DNA of 64,000 nt. Source: an uncultured candidatus Porisulfidus sp. (GTDB lineage Bacteria; Pseudomonadota; Gammaproteobacteria; Poriferisulfidales; Poriferisulfidaceae). The stretch lies in NCBI GenBank assembly GCA_965116025.1, contig OZ220480.1, forward strand, positions 320,001-384,000, given 5' to 3'. Both the position numbers and the translations under genes were made by a program. This document shows positions 19,638-32,120 of the stretch, one piece after another; positions within the stretch are counted from its first letter, which is position 1; the number at the start of each line of letters is the position of its first letter. The notes below the pieces were generated by a model, which saw only the letters and a list, made by a program, of their open reading frames with translations, was not told where the DNA came from and made no database searches.

Positions 19638-19971
19638 CCCGATCCCCTGCTCCAGAGGAGCCACACTGAGCGGCGGTGGCTCGGAAAGGCATCCGGGATT
19701 ATAAGGGAGTCACAAACGTGAAACTGCTTGGCGAAACTCGGAAGCGGACAAGAAAGCGAAACGAAATTGTGAATCCGATTCAGTGGCGGAGCGAAAAATT
19801 GTGAGGATATTCGACACCCATATCAACGTCGATCACTCCTTGACAAAGGTTGACTAGTCGACCATGTCGATAAAAGATGATGTATGGATGCGGAACAGAA
19901 TGTCGTCCGTGACAATGAGTTTCTGCTAATCGGCTCAAAATCACCGGCATTCCTTGGGTAAAATCTATTCC

Positions 19972-21705
19972 GTGGCATCGCACCAACTCGAGATCCACCT
20001 TCCTGCGCCGCCCGCAGCCGGCGGGGATCAACTGGTTCCAGCAAGAATGGTGAACGAGTTCGTCTACTGCCCACGCTTGGCCTATCTCATGTGGGGACAA
20101 GCCGAATGGGCGGAGACCGGCGACACCGTGGACGGGCGGCGCGTGCACACCCGGGTCGACCGTCCCAACAAGCCGCTACCCGATCCCGAGGCGTTGGAAG
20201 ACGAGACCAAGGTAATCAGTCGCTCCCTGACTCTATCGTCTGAGAAACTCGGCGTGATCGCGAAAATCGATATTGCTGAGGCCGAGGATGGCGTGGTCAC
20301 ACCGGTTGACTACAAACGCGGAAAGCGACCTCATGTGGCAAAAGGCTCCTATGAACCAGAGCGCATCCAAGTCTGCCTGCAGGCGCTACTTCTTGAAGAA
20401 CATGGCTACAAAGTTGAGGAAGGAGCCATCTGGTACGCTGAAAGCCGCGAGCGAGTCCGGGTCGCTCTTGACGACGAGCTACGATTTGCCGCCCGGGAAG
20501 CCGTGAGCCGACTGCGCCTGACAGTAGCCCATGAACGCATCCCTCCACCGTTGCGCGATAGCCCGAAGTGCCCGCGTTGCGCGCTCGTCTCTATCTGCCT
20601 GCCTGATGAGACTAGATCGCTTGGAGGATCGAATCTGGCACCCCGTCCGATCGCTGTCGGAGCGGACGAGGCCCTGCCTTTGATCGTCCAATCGCAACGA
20701 GCGCGAATCGCCAAGGAGGGTGAGACTCTCAAGATCTCCGACGAGGAGAAAGGCGATACTGTCGTGCGGCTGAACGATGTCTCCGATGTGGCGCTGTTTG
20801 GAAACGTCTCGATCACCACGCCCGCGCTCTCCACGCTCATGGACCGGGAGATTCCAGTCGCGTTCCATAGCCATGGTGGCTGGTTTCGCGGTATCGCCCA
20901 CGGGGTGGGACACCGCAATGTCGAGGTGCGCGCGGCGCAATACCGACGTAGCTTCGATACGAGCTATTGCCTAGATTTCGCCCGCGGCCTAGTCGCCGCC
21001 AAGATCGTGAACCAGCGGACCATCATACGGCGCAACTGGCGCGGCGACCAGGACCAGCGCAAGATCGTGCTGGACCGACTCAACGCGGCGCGCAGGACAA
21101 CCAAGGTTGCCTCCACGACAAGCGCGTTGCTGGGGGTCGAGGGAGACTCGGCGGCGACGTACTTCCGGGCACTCGCTAAGATTCTGGCACCTCCCAGCAG
21201 CAGAGATTCCACGAAAGAAACTGAAGATCTCGCGCCCTTCCGCTTCGACGCGCGCAACCGCAGGCCGCCTACCGATCCCGTGAACTCCATGCTGTCACTC
21301 GCCTACGCCATGCTAACGCGACACTTGACCATCGCGCTCGCCACCGTCGGACTCGATCCCTATCAGGGTTTCTTTCACGCATCGCGCTACGGAAAACCCG
21401 CGTTGGCACTCGACATCATGGAACCATTTCGGCCGATCATAGCGGATTCCGTGGTTTTGTCAGCAGTCAATACCGGTGAAGTCTCGCCAACGGACTTCGT
21501 CAACGCTCCCACCGGAACATCGCTCACCCCCGCCGGACGCCGTCGCTTCGTCGGCGTGTTCGAGCGGCGACTATCGCAGGAAACCACACATCCACTGTTC
21601 GGCTACCGACTCAGCATGCGCCGTCTTTTGATACTCCAGGCGCGCCTACTGAGTCGACACTTGCTGGGCGAGTTACCTCACTACCCACACTATCTCCCCA
21701 GATGA
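19972..21705 (+). CDS. cas1: Cas4-Cas1 fusion (type I-G)
   Basis: Cas4 motifs YCPR, KIDIAE, VDYKRG, CPRC..C; Cas1 motifs [30 protein letters not shown]. Start uncertain (19954/19972). Confidence 0.93.
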   Translation: MASHQLEIHLPAPPAAGGDQLVPARMVNEFVYCPRLAYLMWGQAEWAETGDTVDGRRVHTRVDRPNKPLPDPEALEDETKVISRSLTLSSEKLGVIAKIDIAEAEDGVVTPVDYKRGKRPHVAKGSYEPERIQVCLQALLLEEHGYKVEEGAIWYAESRERVRVALDDELRFAAREAVSRLRLTVAHERIPPPLRDSPKCPRCALVSICLPDETRSLGGSNLAPRPIAVGADEALPLIVQSQRARIAKEGETLKISDEEKGDTVVRLNDVSDVALFGNVSITTPALSTLMDREIPVAFHSHGGWFRGIAHGVGHRNVEVRAAQYRRSFDTSYCLDFARGLVAAKIVNQRTIIRRNWRGDQDQRKIVLDRLNAARRTTKVASTTSALLGVEGDSAATYFRALAKILAPPSSRDSTKETEDLAPFRFDARNRRPPTDPVNSMLSLAYAMLTRHLTIALATVGLDPYQGFFHASRYGKPALALDIMEPFRPIIADSVVLSAVNTGEVSPTDFVNAPTGTSLTPAGRRRFVGVFERRLSQETTHPLFGYRLSMRRLLILQARLLSRHLLGELPHYPHYLPR

Positions 21706-21718
21706 CGGACGATCTTCC

Positions 21719-22012
21719 ATGAGCGACGAACGCACCTACATCGTCACCTACGACATCTCCAATCCAAAGCGCTGGCGGCGTGTTTTCAAAACCATGAATG
21801 GATTCGGAGAGTGGCTTCAACTATCGGTATTCCAATGCCGTCTTTCGCTCCGGCGCCGAGCGGAATTGGAAACCCAGTTGCGCGAACTGATCAAGGCGGG
21901 TGAGGACCACGTTCTGGTGATCGACATCGGCCCAGCGGACAAGACCAATGTCGCCGTCATGAGCATCGGCAAGACTTTCTCGTCAATCGAACGGCACGCT
22001 GTCATTGTATGA
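21719..22012 (+). CDS. cas2: CRISPR-associated Cas2
   Basis: YIVTYDIS, WLQLSVFQC; 97 aa directly after cas1. Confidence 0.95.
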   Translation: MSDERTYIVTYDISNPKRWRRVFKTMNGFGEWLQLSVFQCRLSLRRRAELETQLRELIKAGEDHVLVIDIGPADKTNVAVMSIGKTFSSIERHAVIV

Positions 22013-22277
22013 TGGGACGATTGAGTTCGGGAAACCATACGTCAATGCTCGGTATCAAAAATAATGGGCATCGCCTCCGCCGGGTCGATTCGAGCGGCGC
22101 GACAATGCTGAATTGCCGGGGCTCGCTCGAAACCGCGCATCCTATTGATGAATCCGCATTTCAGTGTGATAGACTGGTCGCGCATGGTGCGAATTGGATG
22201 CTTATGCCAAAGAAATTTGACGACCGCTCGAAATCGTCCGAAATTTGCCTTGGAAAACAAATGGTTGCAAGCCGCGG
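22013..22277 (+). promoter_or_regulatory. CRISPR leader region
   Basis: Lower-GC segment between cas2 and the first repeat; repeats end in ATTGAAGC on + and the truncated repeat is at the far end. Confidence 0.65.
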
Positions 22278-25150
22278 CCAATCCGGAGCGCCGCGCTCCG
22301 GCCTCATTGAAGCTGGGCCGGGCTCATCCGCGCCGCCTGCATTGAAGGTGCGATCCTTCGCGCCGCCAATCCGGAGCGCCGCGCTCCGGCCTCATTGAAG
22401 CGTTGATGAGCGATTCCAGTCCAATCCGGAGCGCCGCGCTCCGCCTCATTGAACGGCGCCCGTAGGGCGCCGGCCAATCCGGAGCGCCGCGCTCCGGCCT
22501 CATTGAAGCAGCGCGTCCTGGACCTCCAAGCAAGCTCCGCCTCATTCTCAGCGCCAATCCGGAGCGCCGCGCTCCGGCCTCATTGAAGCCAGTCCTTGCG
22601 TTCGCCAGGCGCTCCGTGAAGCCTCGCAGTTCGCCAATCCGGAGCGCCGCGCTCCGGCCTCATTGAAGCCCTCTCCCAGCGACAGGTATGGCCCATGTCC
22701 TATCCCCAATCCGGAGCGCCGCGCTCCGGCCTCATTGAAGCACCCTCCTCCGGGACGACCGAAGTGTCGACCGGGATCGCCAATCCGGAGCGCCGCGCTC
22801 CGGCCTCATTGAAGCCGTATTTGCTTTCGTTCCTCATTTCAGACTCCTAATCACCAATCCGGAGCGCCGCGCTCCGGCCTCATTGAAGCGGGTATCGCAA
22901 CTACGATAGGAACCGCTACAACGGACCCAATCCGGAGCGCCGCGCTCCGGCCTCATTGAAGCTTGAAAATCTGGTAATCGGACGGCTTGAGCGGACGCAG
23001 CCAATCCGGAGCGCCGCGCTCCGGCCTCATTGAAGCTGTGTCGAATTGCGCGAACTCGACCCCCACCGCGCTACCAATCCGGAGCGCCGCGCTCCGGCCT
23101 CATTGAAGCACGCGGACGAGGCGGTGATGGCGCGGCATAGAGACGGGCCAATCCGGAGCGCCGCGCTCCGGCCTCATTGAAGCTGGTTGTTCATCATGGA
23201 CGGCATCCTAGAACGGATCCCAATCCGGAGCGCCGCGCTCCGGCCTCATTGAAGCGTAATTCATTCGTCCATCTCCCCCACCAGCTCGCCTATCCCAATC
23301 CGGAGCGCCGCGCTCCGGCCTCATTGAAGCGTCGAGCTTCCTCTCGAGCGCGGCCACCTCAGCCAGCCAATCCGGAGCGCCGCGCTCCGGCCTCATTGAA
23401 GCGATGGGTCGCGCCCGGAGTCTGGCCGCGGACGACGCCCAATCCGGAGCGCCGCGCTCCGGCCTCATTGAAGCGTCATAGCTCCTGAACAGACAATCCG
23501 GAGCGCCGCGCCCCAGAGGGTGGCGTAGGCCCAATCCGGAGCGCCGCGCTCCGGCCTCATTGAAGCGTGGCCACAGGCGTGACCCGCCCAACATCGCAGC
23601 TGACCAATCCGGAGCGCCGCGCTCCGGCCTCATTGAAGCGGCGGTACGTGGACCCGACCTGCTCCCTCTCCCTGACCGCCAATCCGGAGCGCCGCGCTCC
23701 GGCCTCATTGAAGCATCAGGTCCGGAGGCAGCGGGGCGGGCTTGTCCGTCCGCCAATCCGGAGCGCCGCGCTCCGGCCTCATTGAAGCCTGTTCCGGCAT
23801 GTACGCCGTCGCGAAGCCCGCGAAGCCAATCCGGAGCGCCGCGCTCCGGCCTCATTGAAGCCAATACGCCGCAGCGCCGGGCTTCTTGTCTCGCCCGGCC
23901 AATCCGGAGCGCCGCGCTCCGGCCTCATTGAAGCCCGGCGTTTACGCCCTCGGCGGTGAGCAGATCCAACTCGCCAATCCGGAGCGCCGCGCTCCGGCCT
24001 CATTGAAGCGCTGCTGCGCGGAATTGGGCGTCCTGTAGCGGAGCCCCAATCCGGAGCGCCGCGCTCCGGCCTCATTGAAGCCGGGCCTGATACGCGCATT
24101 TTATATTGCGCGGTATGGAACCAATCCGGAGCGCCGCGCTCCGGCCTCATTGAAGCAGTATCGCCGTTACGCCGCTCCCGACCTCGCCTAGCGCCAATCC
24201 GGAGCGCCGCGCTCCGGCCTCATTGAAGCCCCCCAATCCTCCGCGGGCGCGGGCGTAGATGATGGACCAATCCGGAGCGCCGCGCTCCGGCCTCATTGAA
24301 GCTCCTTGCCGCCAGGCCGCTGGCTAAGCGTATCGGAGCCAATCCGGAGCGCCGCGCTCCGGCCTCATTGAAGCGAGCAGCGCGCGGACATCGCGGGGCT
24401 GTTCACGGACCAATCCGGAGCGCCGCGCTCCGGCCTCATTGAAGCGGCGAGGACACGGCCAATCTGGTGGAGATCAGGGCGCCCAATCCGGAGCGCCGCG
24501 CTCCGGCCTCATTGAAGCCTCTTTCTCGTCCATGAGCCAGCCCTCAACGATCGCCAATCCGGAGCGCCGCGCTCCGGCCTCATTGAAGCGAAGTTTCGTT
24601 GCTCATAATGATGTACGCTCCTATGCCAATCCGGAGCGCCGCGCTCCGGCCTCATTGAAGCTCCAACCTCCCAATATCCGGGCCGCCCGACTCGCGCCCC
24701 AATCCGGAGCGCCGCGCTCCGGCCTCATTGAAGCCGCCCCGCCTCCCGGTCGGCCTTGCTCGCGATCCCGCCAATCCGGAGCGCCGCGCTCCGGCCTCAT
24801 TGAAGCAGCATCCGGGCATCATCGACGGGGACAACTCGGAGCGGCCAATCCGGAGCGCCGCGCTCCGGCCTCATTGAAGCCCGCTATGGACTACCTGATG
24901 GAGCGCACGGGCGGCGTTCCAATCCGGAGCGCCGCGCTCCGGCCTCATTGAAGCCCGCTATGGACTACCTGATGGAGCGCACGGGCGGCGTTCCAATCCG
25001 GAGCGCCGCGCTCCGGCCTCATTGAAGCTCGGGAGATGGGGTGGACGGCTTGCTGGATTACCTGCCAATCCGGAGCGCCGCGCTCCGGCCTCATTGAAGC
25101 GCGCGAAGCCCCCAGTTAGCGATCGGTTCGCGCTCCGGCCTCATTGAAGC
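22278..25150 (+). CRISPR. CRISPR array, 36-bp repeat CCAATCCGGAGCGCCGCGCTCCGGCCTCATTGAAGC, about 41 units (38 intact, 1 degenerate, 2 partial)
   Basis: Manual count; hairpin CCGGAGCG/CGCTCCGG; spacers mostly 35-39 bp; terminal partial repeat at 25129-25150. Confidence 0.98.
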
Positions 25151-25210
25151 GGCGAAACAGAGCCTCTTTGATATACTTTTTCAGAACTTCCTGAATAGGG
25201 TGAAGAAATA

Positions 25211-26464
25211 ATGACTCAACTTACGTTCAAATTGCTTCGCGATTCCGTCTCAAGCAAAGCGGTCGCGTTGCGCTCTCGAATGACTTTGCAACCGGCTGGA
25301 GGAGAGGGAGACAAGGTTTTTCCACCATCCTATTCCGTTGAAAGGAGTGCCTCTCACAAGTATGCCGTAGAAGAGCGACAGGTCGGTAACAGCGATAACG
25401 TGACCACTACGGTACTACTCGATTCGGTAGCATCACAGGCGAACCGTGCAGAACTTGCATTACTTGAAGGATGGGAACGAGGCGAATTGATTTTTCCTGT
25501 CCCCTACGTCGATTTCTCCGAAGACGGAGGGATAACGGATTACGAGAAACTCACGGTACTGGAAGCACCGCATCGACTAGCAGATGCGATTTTCCGAGAC
25601 AGCCTGCTTGATGGCACACTGTTTCGCCTATCTGATATCGGTCAGGCAATTACTGAAGCCACACCTCGGGATGCTACGGAATTGTTTCGCTACTCCCCAA
25701 CTTCCTTGTTGTTTGGTATGTGGGATTCCACTGGCCCAAAAGGTGGTCTAGGGTCGAAATTCCAGCGCGCCTATGTGTCTGAAATCGTTGGCTTTGATGC
25801 CAAAGTGGGAAAAAAAGTTGGCAGTCGGATCGACCCCCTACAAATTGAGAAAGTCGCCCCAGATGATCGTGTCTACAACAGTGCACTACCGGGCGAGGTA
25901 TGGACTGATGACCCAGAGAAAGCGGAAATGGCCAAGAACAAAAAACCAGCACACGCTTCGCGTGGTAGCGAAAGTGGCGAGGCTGGACAGCCCTCGAAGA
26001 TCAACCACGGCAACATTGTTCCTTCAATTGACTCTTATGCTGGTGGTGTCACCATTTCAAGTGCTCTGCAGACTACGGTAGTCTCTTTTGCCGCCCTTCG
26101 CCGGTTGCGATGCAAGGGACACACTCGGGAAGCAGAAGCCGCTTTGCATGTGGCAGTTGCGGCACTTGGAGTCGCTGCCATTGCCTACCAATATGAAATG
26201 GATTTTGATCTTCGGGCACGTTGCCTGTTACTTCCGACACATCCTCCCAAGATCGAACTGCTACGACGCGATGGCTCACCCGGTGAGGTAGTGGATATAG
26301 ACCGAACCTCCTCTAGGAAAATTCTTGAACAAGCGGCCACGCAGGCAAGAGAAGCCGGTATCGGCTGGGAAACAAACGAGATTCGGCTTGTGCCTGCGCC
26401 AAAATTACTGGAGCTAATTCGGCGAAGTCGCAAGGTGTCTACTACTACCGAAACCACGGAGTGA
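25211..26464 (+). CDS. csb1: Type I-G Cas7 (Csb1)
   Basis: KVFPPSY, LLDSVASQANRAE, APHRLADA, PTSLLFGMWDS, LRARCLL. Confidence 0.9.
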   Translation: MTQLTFKLLRDSVSSKAVALRSRMTLQPAGGEGDKVFPPSYSVERSASHKYAVEERQVGNSDNVTTTVLLDSVASQANRAELALLEGWERGELIFPVPYVDFSEDGGITDYEKLTVLEAPHRLADAIFRDSLLDGTLFRLSDIGQAITEATPRDATELFRYSPTSLLFGMWDSTGPKGGLGSKFQRAYVSEIVGFDAKVGKKVGSRIDPLQIEKVAPDDRVYNSALPGEVWTDDPEKAEMAKNKKPAHASRGSESGEAGQPSKINHGNIVPSIDSYAGGVTISSALQTTVVSFAALRRLRCKGHTREAEAALHVAVAALGVAAIAYQYEMDFDLRARCLLLPTHPPKIELLRRDGSPGEVVDIDRTSSRKILEQAATQAREAGIGWETNEIRLVPAPKLLELIRRSRKVSTTTETTE

Positions 26465-28138
<1,674 letters not shown>

Positions 28139-28195
28139 AACCCGGATGAATAGACTCGATTCCGATCTAGCCTTTATGAAGGGACCAAACCACTT

Positions 28196-30994
28196 GTGAA
28201 AGACGAATATTCCGCCATGGATTTCGTTGCATTCTTCAAGGATGTCCATGACTATGAACCATTTCCGTGGCAACACCGATTAACTGAACAGGTGCTTGAT
28301 CAGAGGAAATGGCCAAAAGTCATCAGCCTTCCGACTGGTACGGGCAAGACCGCGGTGCTCGACACAGCTATATTCGCCATGGCTGCACATCCAGAGACCA
28401 CTCCCCGGAGAATCGTTTTTGTCATTGATCGCCGGATTGTCGTCGATCAAGTCTACAAACGGGCCCAGCAAATTCAAAAGCGCGTAGAGACGGCTAAAAC
28501 CCTCGTACTGAAACACATCCGGGATCGCCTACGAGAGTTAAGTGATGGTGAAACTTTGGGCATCGCCGCGTTACGAGGGGGAATTCCTATTGACGGCGAC
28601 TGGGCACACCGTCCAGACCAACCATGGGTAATGGTTTCCACAGTAGATCAGTTCGGCTCTCGTCTCTTGTTTCGAGGCTACGGAGTAAGCCCGGGTATGA
28701 GGCCAATTCATGCCGGACTTACCGGTAACGACTGCCTTGTGATCTTGGATGAAGTACATTTAAGCGTTCCATTCGCGCAAACCCTCACCCAGATATCCAC
28801 GCTGTCACCAGAGGGACCACTACCTCAAAGGTTTATTACGGTCGAAATGTCTGCCACTCCCAATGATAGGGAATCAAACCCTTTTACCTTGGACCCCGAG
28901 AAGGATCTAGAAGAATGCGCAGAGCTGCGACGCCGCATGAAAGCCGATAAGCGAGCGAAACTCATACCAGCGCGAGATCAAGAAGCCATTCCAGCCACCG
29001 TGAAGAAAATCGTCAAGTCCATACGCAAGAACGAATCGCAAGTTCGTAGCGTTGGTGTCATCGTGAATCGGGTACGAACAGCTCGCGATACCTACGCCAC
29101 ACTTATTGATGAAGGCTATCCAACATACCTGATCACCGGACGAATGCGCCCACTGGATCGGGTTTATGCACTGGAACGAATCGGCCCAGTCGTCAACCCT
29201 GATAGCGATCAGCATGAGGATCAACTCGCGGTCATAGTCGCGACTCAAGCCATTGAGGTCGGTGCGGATTTCAGTTTCGACGCGCTCATCACCGAATGCG
29301 CCGCGGTCGATAGCCTCCGACAACGGTTTGGACGCCTTGATCGCCGCGGAACCTATTCAGAACGTACCGGATCTCCGGCTCAAGCTTGGATTATCGGACC
29401 CAAGTCAGTAGTTGGCTCCAAAAAACCCGATCCTATTTACGGCGAGTCAGTCAGGGCGACATGGGAAGAACTTGAACGACGCCGCGAAGATGATGGGGAG
29501 CTGGCAGTCGGCCCAATGGCGTTGCGGGATAATTTTCCAGACAACGCAACTGCACCGAAAATATATGCGCCACTCCTCTTAAGAACGTACATGGATGCTT
29601 GGGTACAAACTAGACCCGAGCCCATAGCACAACCTTCCATCGACTGGTTTCTTCACGGCATTGAGCAGAACAAACCAGCGGATGTCTCGGTTCTGTGGCG
29701 ATTTGATCGAACTTCAGAAACTCTACGTCTAGTTCCTCCCCAGCAAGCGGAATTCATTCAAATACCCGCCCAAGCAGTCAAATCATGGCTAGCAGGAACA
29801 TCGGAAGTCGATATCGCCGATGTTAGTCAAGCGCAAGAATCTGATAATACCGACACCCAAAATAAATCGCACGTCAAAAACTGGGTACGCTGGGATGGAT
29901 TCGATGAAGGCGCAAAGAATGATATCCAGGTCATGGACATCCGCCCTGGAGATGTACTCATACTAGACCCCAAGTGTGGCGGTTTGACAGCCGGAACGTG
30001 GGATCCATCCTCGGAAGATCCAGTAACGGACCTCGGCGATGCGGCACAGATAGAATCTGGGCGTAGGGTCACATTGCGACTCGATCCGAATCTTCCCCAC
30101 ATGGTCTCTCCACCAGCTCCAGCTGACGAAGCCATAGCAGACACATCGCCCTCTCAACGAATCTCGGCATGGCTTGAATCTTATATATCCGATTCGAAAG
30201 ATCAGTCGTGCTGGATGCACAAAGCCATTGAAAATCTGGGGAGTGACTTCGATGTAATCCCAGTGGGGACCGGCAACGATTGTCTTGGGAAAAGTTATTA
30301 CATCCTGATCTCAAAGGACCCAAATACGAAGAAACCTATGGTGGATGCGGCGACACTTGACGGCTCAGACGAGACAGGTTCTTTCACATCAACAGGCATA
30401 AGCCTGGGTCAGCATTTGGATGGTGTCGGAAAACGCGCCGGACAAATAGCCGAAAGATTGGGATTACCATGCGAGGTCGTACAAGATCTCAGATTGGCCG
30501 GTCATTTGCACGATCTCGGTAAGGTGGATAGCCGTTTCCAATATCAACTGGTGGGCGGCGACATGGTTGAACTGGCAATGCGACGCGAAGAGCCACTAGC
30601 TAAGTCATTACCGGGAACTCGCAAGGTTCCAGGGTATCCCAAGGGAATGCGGCATGAGATCGCGAGTGTAGCAATGATTTTATCGAATACTGATATTCTC
30701 AGTCTCGCTCACGACGAGGACCTAGTACTCCACCTGGTTGGAACGCACCATGGCTGGGGGCGGCCACTGCCACCAATCATTGAAGACCCGAATCCTCAGA
30801 CACTTGAATACAGATGGAACGGGCACTTCCTAGCCGCAAAATCGGATCTAGTAGAAAGCTCTTTGGCTCTCGACATGGCCAACCGCTTCTGGGATCTAGT
30901 TGAGCATTATGGGCACCACGGATTGGCTTGGCTTGAAGCCATCTTACGGCTGGCTGACCATCAGCAAAGTGCCGAGGAGAGCAAGAAAGTATGA
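28196..30994 (+). CDS. cas3: Type I-G Cas3 helicase with C-terminal HD nuclease
   Basis: PFPWQ, LPTGTGKT, DEVH, MSAT, QRFGRLDR; C-terminal HDLGK, RHE, HHG, RLAD. Start could be 28217. Confidence 0.95.
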   Translation: MKDEYSAMDFVAFFKDVHDYEPFPWQHRLTEQVLDQRKWPKVISLPTGTGKTAVLDTAIFAMAAHPETTPRRIVFVIDRRIVVDQVYKRAQQIQKRVETAKTLVLKHIRDRLRELSDGETLGIAALRGGIPIDGDWAHRPDQPWVMVSTVDQFGSRLLFRGYGVSPGMRPIHAGLTGNDCLVILDEVHLSVPFAQTLTQISTLSPEGPLPQRFITVEMSATPNDRESNPFTLDPEKDLEECAELRRRMKADKRAKLIPARDQEAIPATVKKIVKSIRKNESQVRSVGVIVNRVRTARDTYATLIDEGYPTYLITGRMRPLDRVYALERIGPVVNPDSDQHEDQLAVIVATQAIEVGADFSFDALITECAAVDSLRQRFGRLDRRGTYSERTGSPAQAWIIGPKSVVGSKKPDPIYGESVRATWEELERRREDDGELAVGPMALRDNFPDNATAPKIYAPLLLRTYMDAWVQTRPEPIAQPSIDWFLHGIEQNKPADVSVLWRFDRTSETLRLVPPQQAEFIQIPAQAVKSWLAGTSEVDIADVSQAQESDNTDTQNKSHVKNWVRWDGFDEGAKNDIQVMDIRPGDVLILDPKCGGLTAGTWDPSSEDPVTDLGDAAQIESGRRVTLRLDPNLPHMVSPPAPADEAIADTSPSQRISAWLESYISDSKDQSCWMHKAIENLGSDFDVIPVGTGNDCLGKSYYILISKDPNTKKPMVDAATLDGSDETGSFTSTGISLGQHLDGVGKRAGQIAERLGLPCEVVQDLRLAGHLHDLGKVDSRFQYQLVGGDMVELAMRREEPLAKSLPGTRKVPGYPKGMRHEIASVAMILSNTDILSLAHDEDLVLHLVGTHHGWGRPLPPIIEDPNPQTLEYRWNGHFLAAKSDLVESSLALDMANRFWDLVEHYGHHGLAWLEAILRLADHQQSAEESKKV

Positions 30995-31917
30995 GTGGCA
31001 CACATATTCCCGGGCTCGAAGGAACAAACCCATTGGGTTTGTTCGCAGCTATTGGCATACAGGTGGCGTTCGCGACCGAGGACCGGCAACCACGGCTGTG
31101 GTGGAGTGACGATGTTACTCCGCACGCGATCATAGATAAAGAATTCACCATTGACCTGATCGTGCAGAAAGCATTAAAAGAATTTTCGCTCTGGAAGGAA
31201 AGCCCGGCCATCAAGCCACAAAGAACGGACGGCTCAAAAATGCCTAAGAGCGAAGAACTCAAACTGCTACCCGAAGACATTAAAGTGTATCTCGATCAGG
31301 CGGAGCGGTGTACCCGAGGCCGTGGCTTGGCTACTGCTCTCCTAGCTCAGGGTAGCCTAGACAACAACGGTATAGCAAAACCATCCGACTTCTACTTCAT
31401 GGCGGGCCAACAGAAGTTCTTGGATATAGCCCACAAAATCCTAACCGCCGCCAATCACGATGAAATCAAGGCTGGCCTTGAAGGCCCATGGCGCTACGAA
31501 AGCGATATTCTTTCCCTTGGATGGGATGTCGCCGACGACCGCGTATATGCCCTCATGGCAAACGACCCTAGCGCGGAAAAGAAAAAAACAAACCCCGGTC
31601 CGGAAGCATTGGCTCTATTGGGGGTGAGCCTGTATCCGGTCTTCGCAAAGCAAGGGCGCACGAAGACACAAGGATGCTCCGGAACATGGAAGAAGGGGCA
31701 TTTTTCTTGGCCTATTTGGCGAAAGCCCGCATATCCTAGTGTTGTCAAATCGCTATTAGCACATGCATACGACTGCGACCGTGCGGTAGATTCAAATCGT
31801 CATCGCTGGTACAAATCCTGGGGCATATCCACCATCCTTCGATCACCAATCCGTCGTACCAACCAAGGCGGCTACGGAACATTCGGCCCACCGGAGATCA
31901 TGTGGCAACAAGCATGA
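30991..31917 (+). CDS. csb3: Type I-G short large-subunit, Csb3/Cas8u2-like
   Basis: GLEGTNPLGLFAAIG, AGQQKF, GPWRY, FSWPIW; 308 aa, overlaps the cas3 stop. Confidence 0.75.
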   Translation: MSGTHIPGLEGTNPLGLFAAIGIQVAFATEDRQPRLWWSDDVTPHAIIDKEFTIDLIVQKALKEFSLWKESPAIKPQRTDGSKMPKSEELKLLPEDIKVYLDQAERCTRGRGLATALLAQGSLDNNGIAKPSDFYFMAGQQKFLDIAHKILTAANHDEIKAGLEGPWRYESDILSLGWDVADDRVYALMANDPSAEKKKTNPGPEALALLGVSLYPVFAKQGRTKTQGCSGTWKKGHFSWPIWRKPAYPSVVKSLLAHAYDCDRAVDSNRHRWYKSWGISTILRSPIRRTNQGGYGTFGPPEIMWQQA

Positions 31918-32120
31918 ATGCCTTTACCCGGCACGAGCGTAAATCCTACTGATAAAACCTATAGGGGAAAAACGCATTCGCTGAACACCATGAAACACGC
32001 GGTTTCACCCTAGAAAGCACTCCATTTTCACGAGTAGACCACGCGCTTCCTCACACGCGAATCTCCAGTCTCTGTCGCGCCCCTCCCCATCCATCACAGT
32101 GGGGTGATCAACAGGATCCT

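Noticed and set aside
23177-24951. ORFs with repeated MRPERGAPDW or NPERRAPASLK
   Set aside because: Translations of the CRISPR repeats.
22278-25150. Self-targeting spacers or a tracrRNA-like anti-repeat
   Set aside because: None noticed by eye, and type I-G needs no tracrRNA; a computed search is still required.
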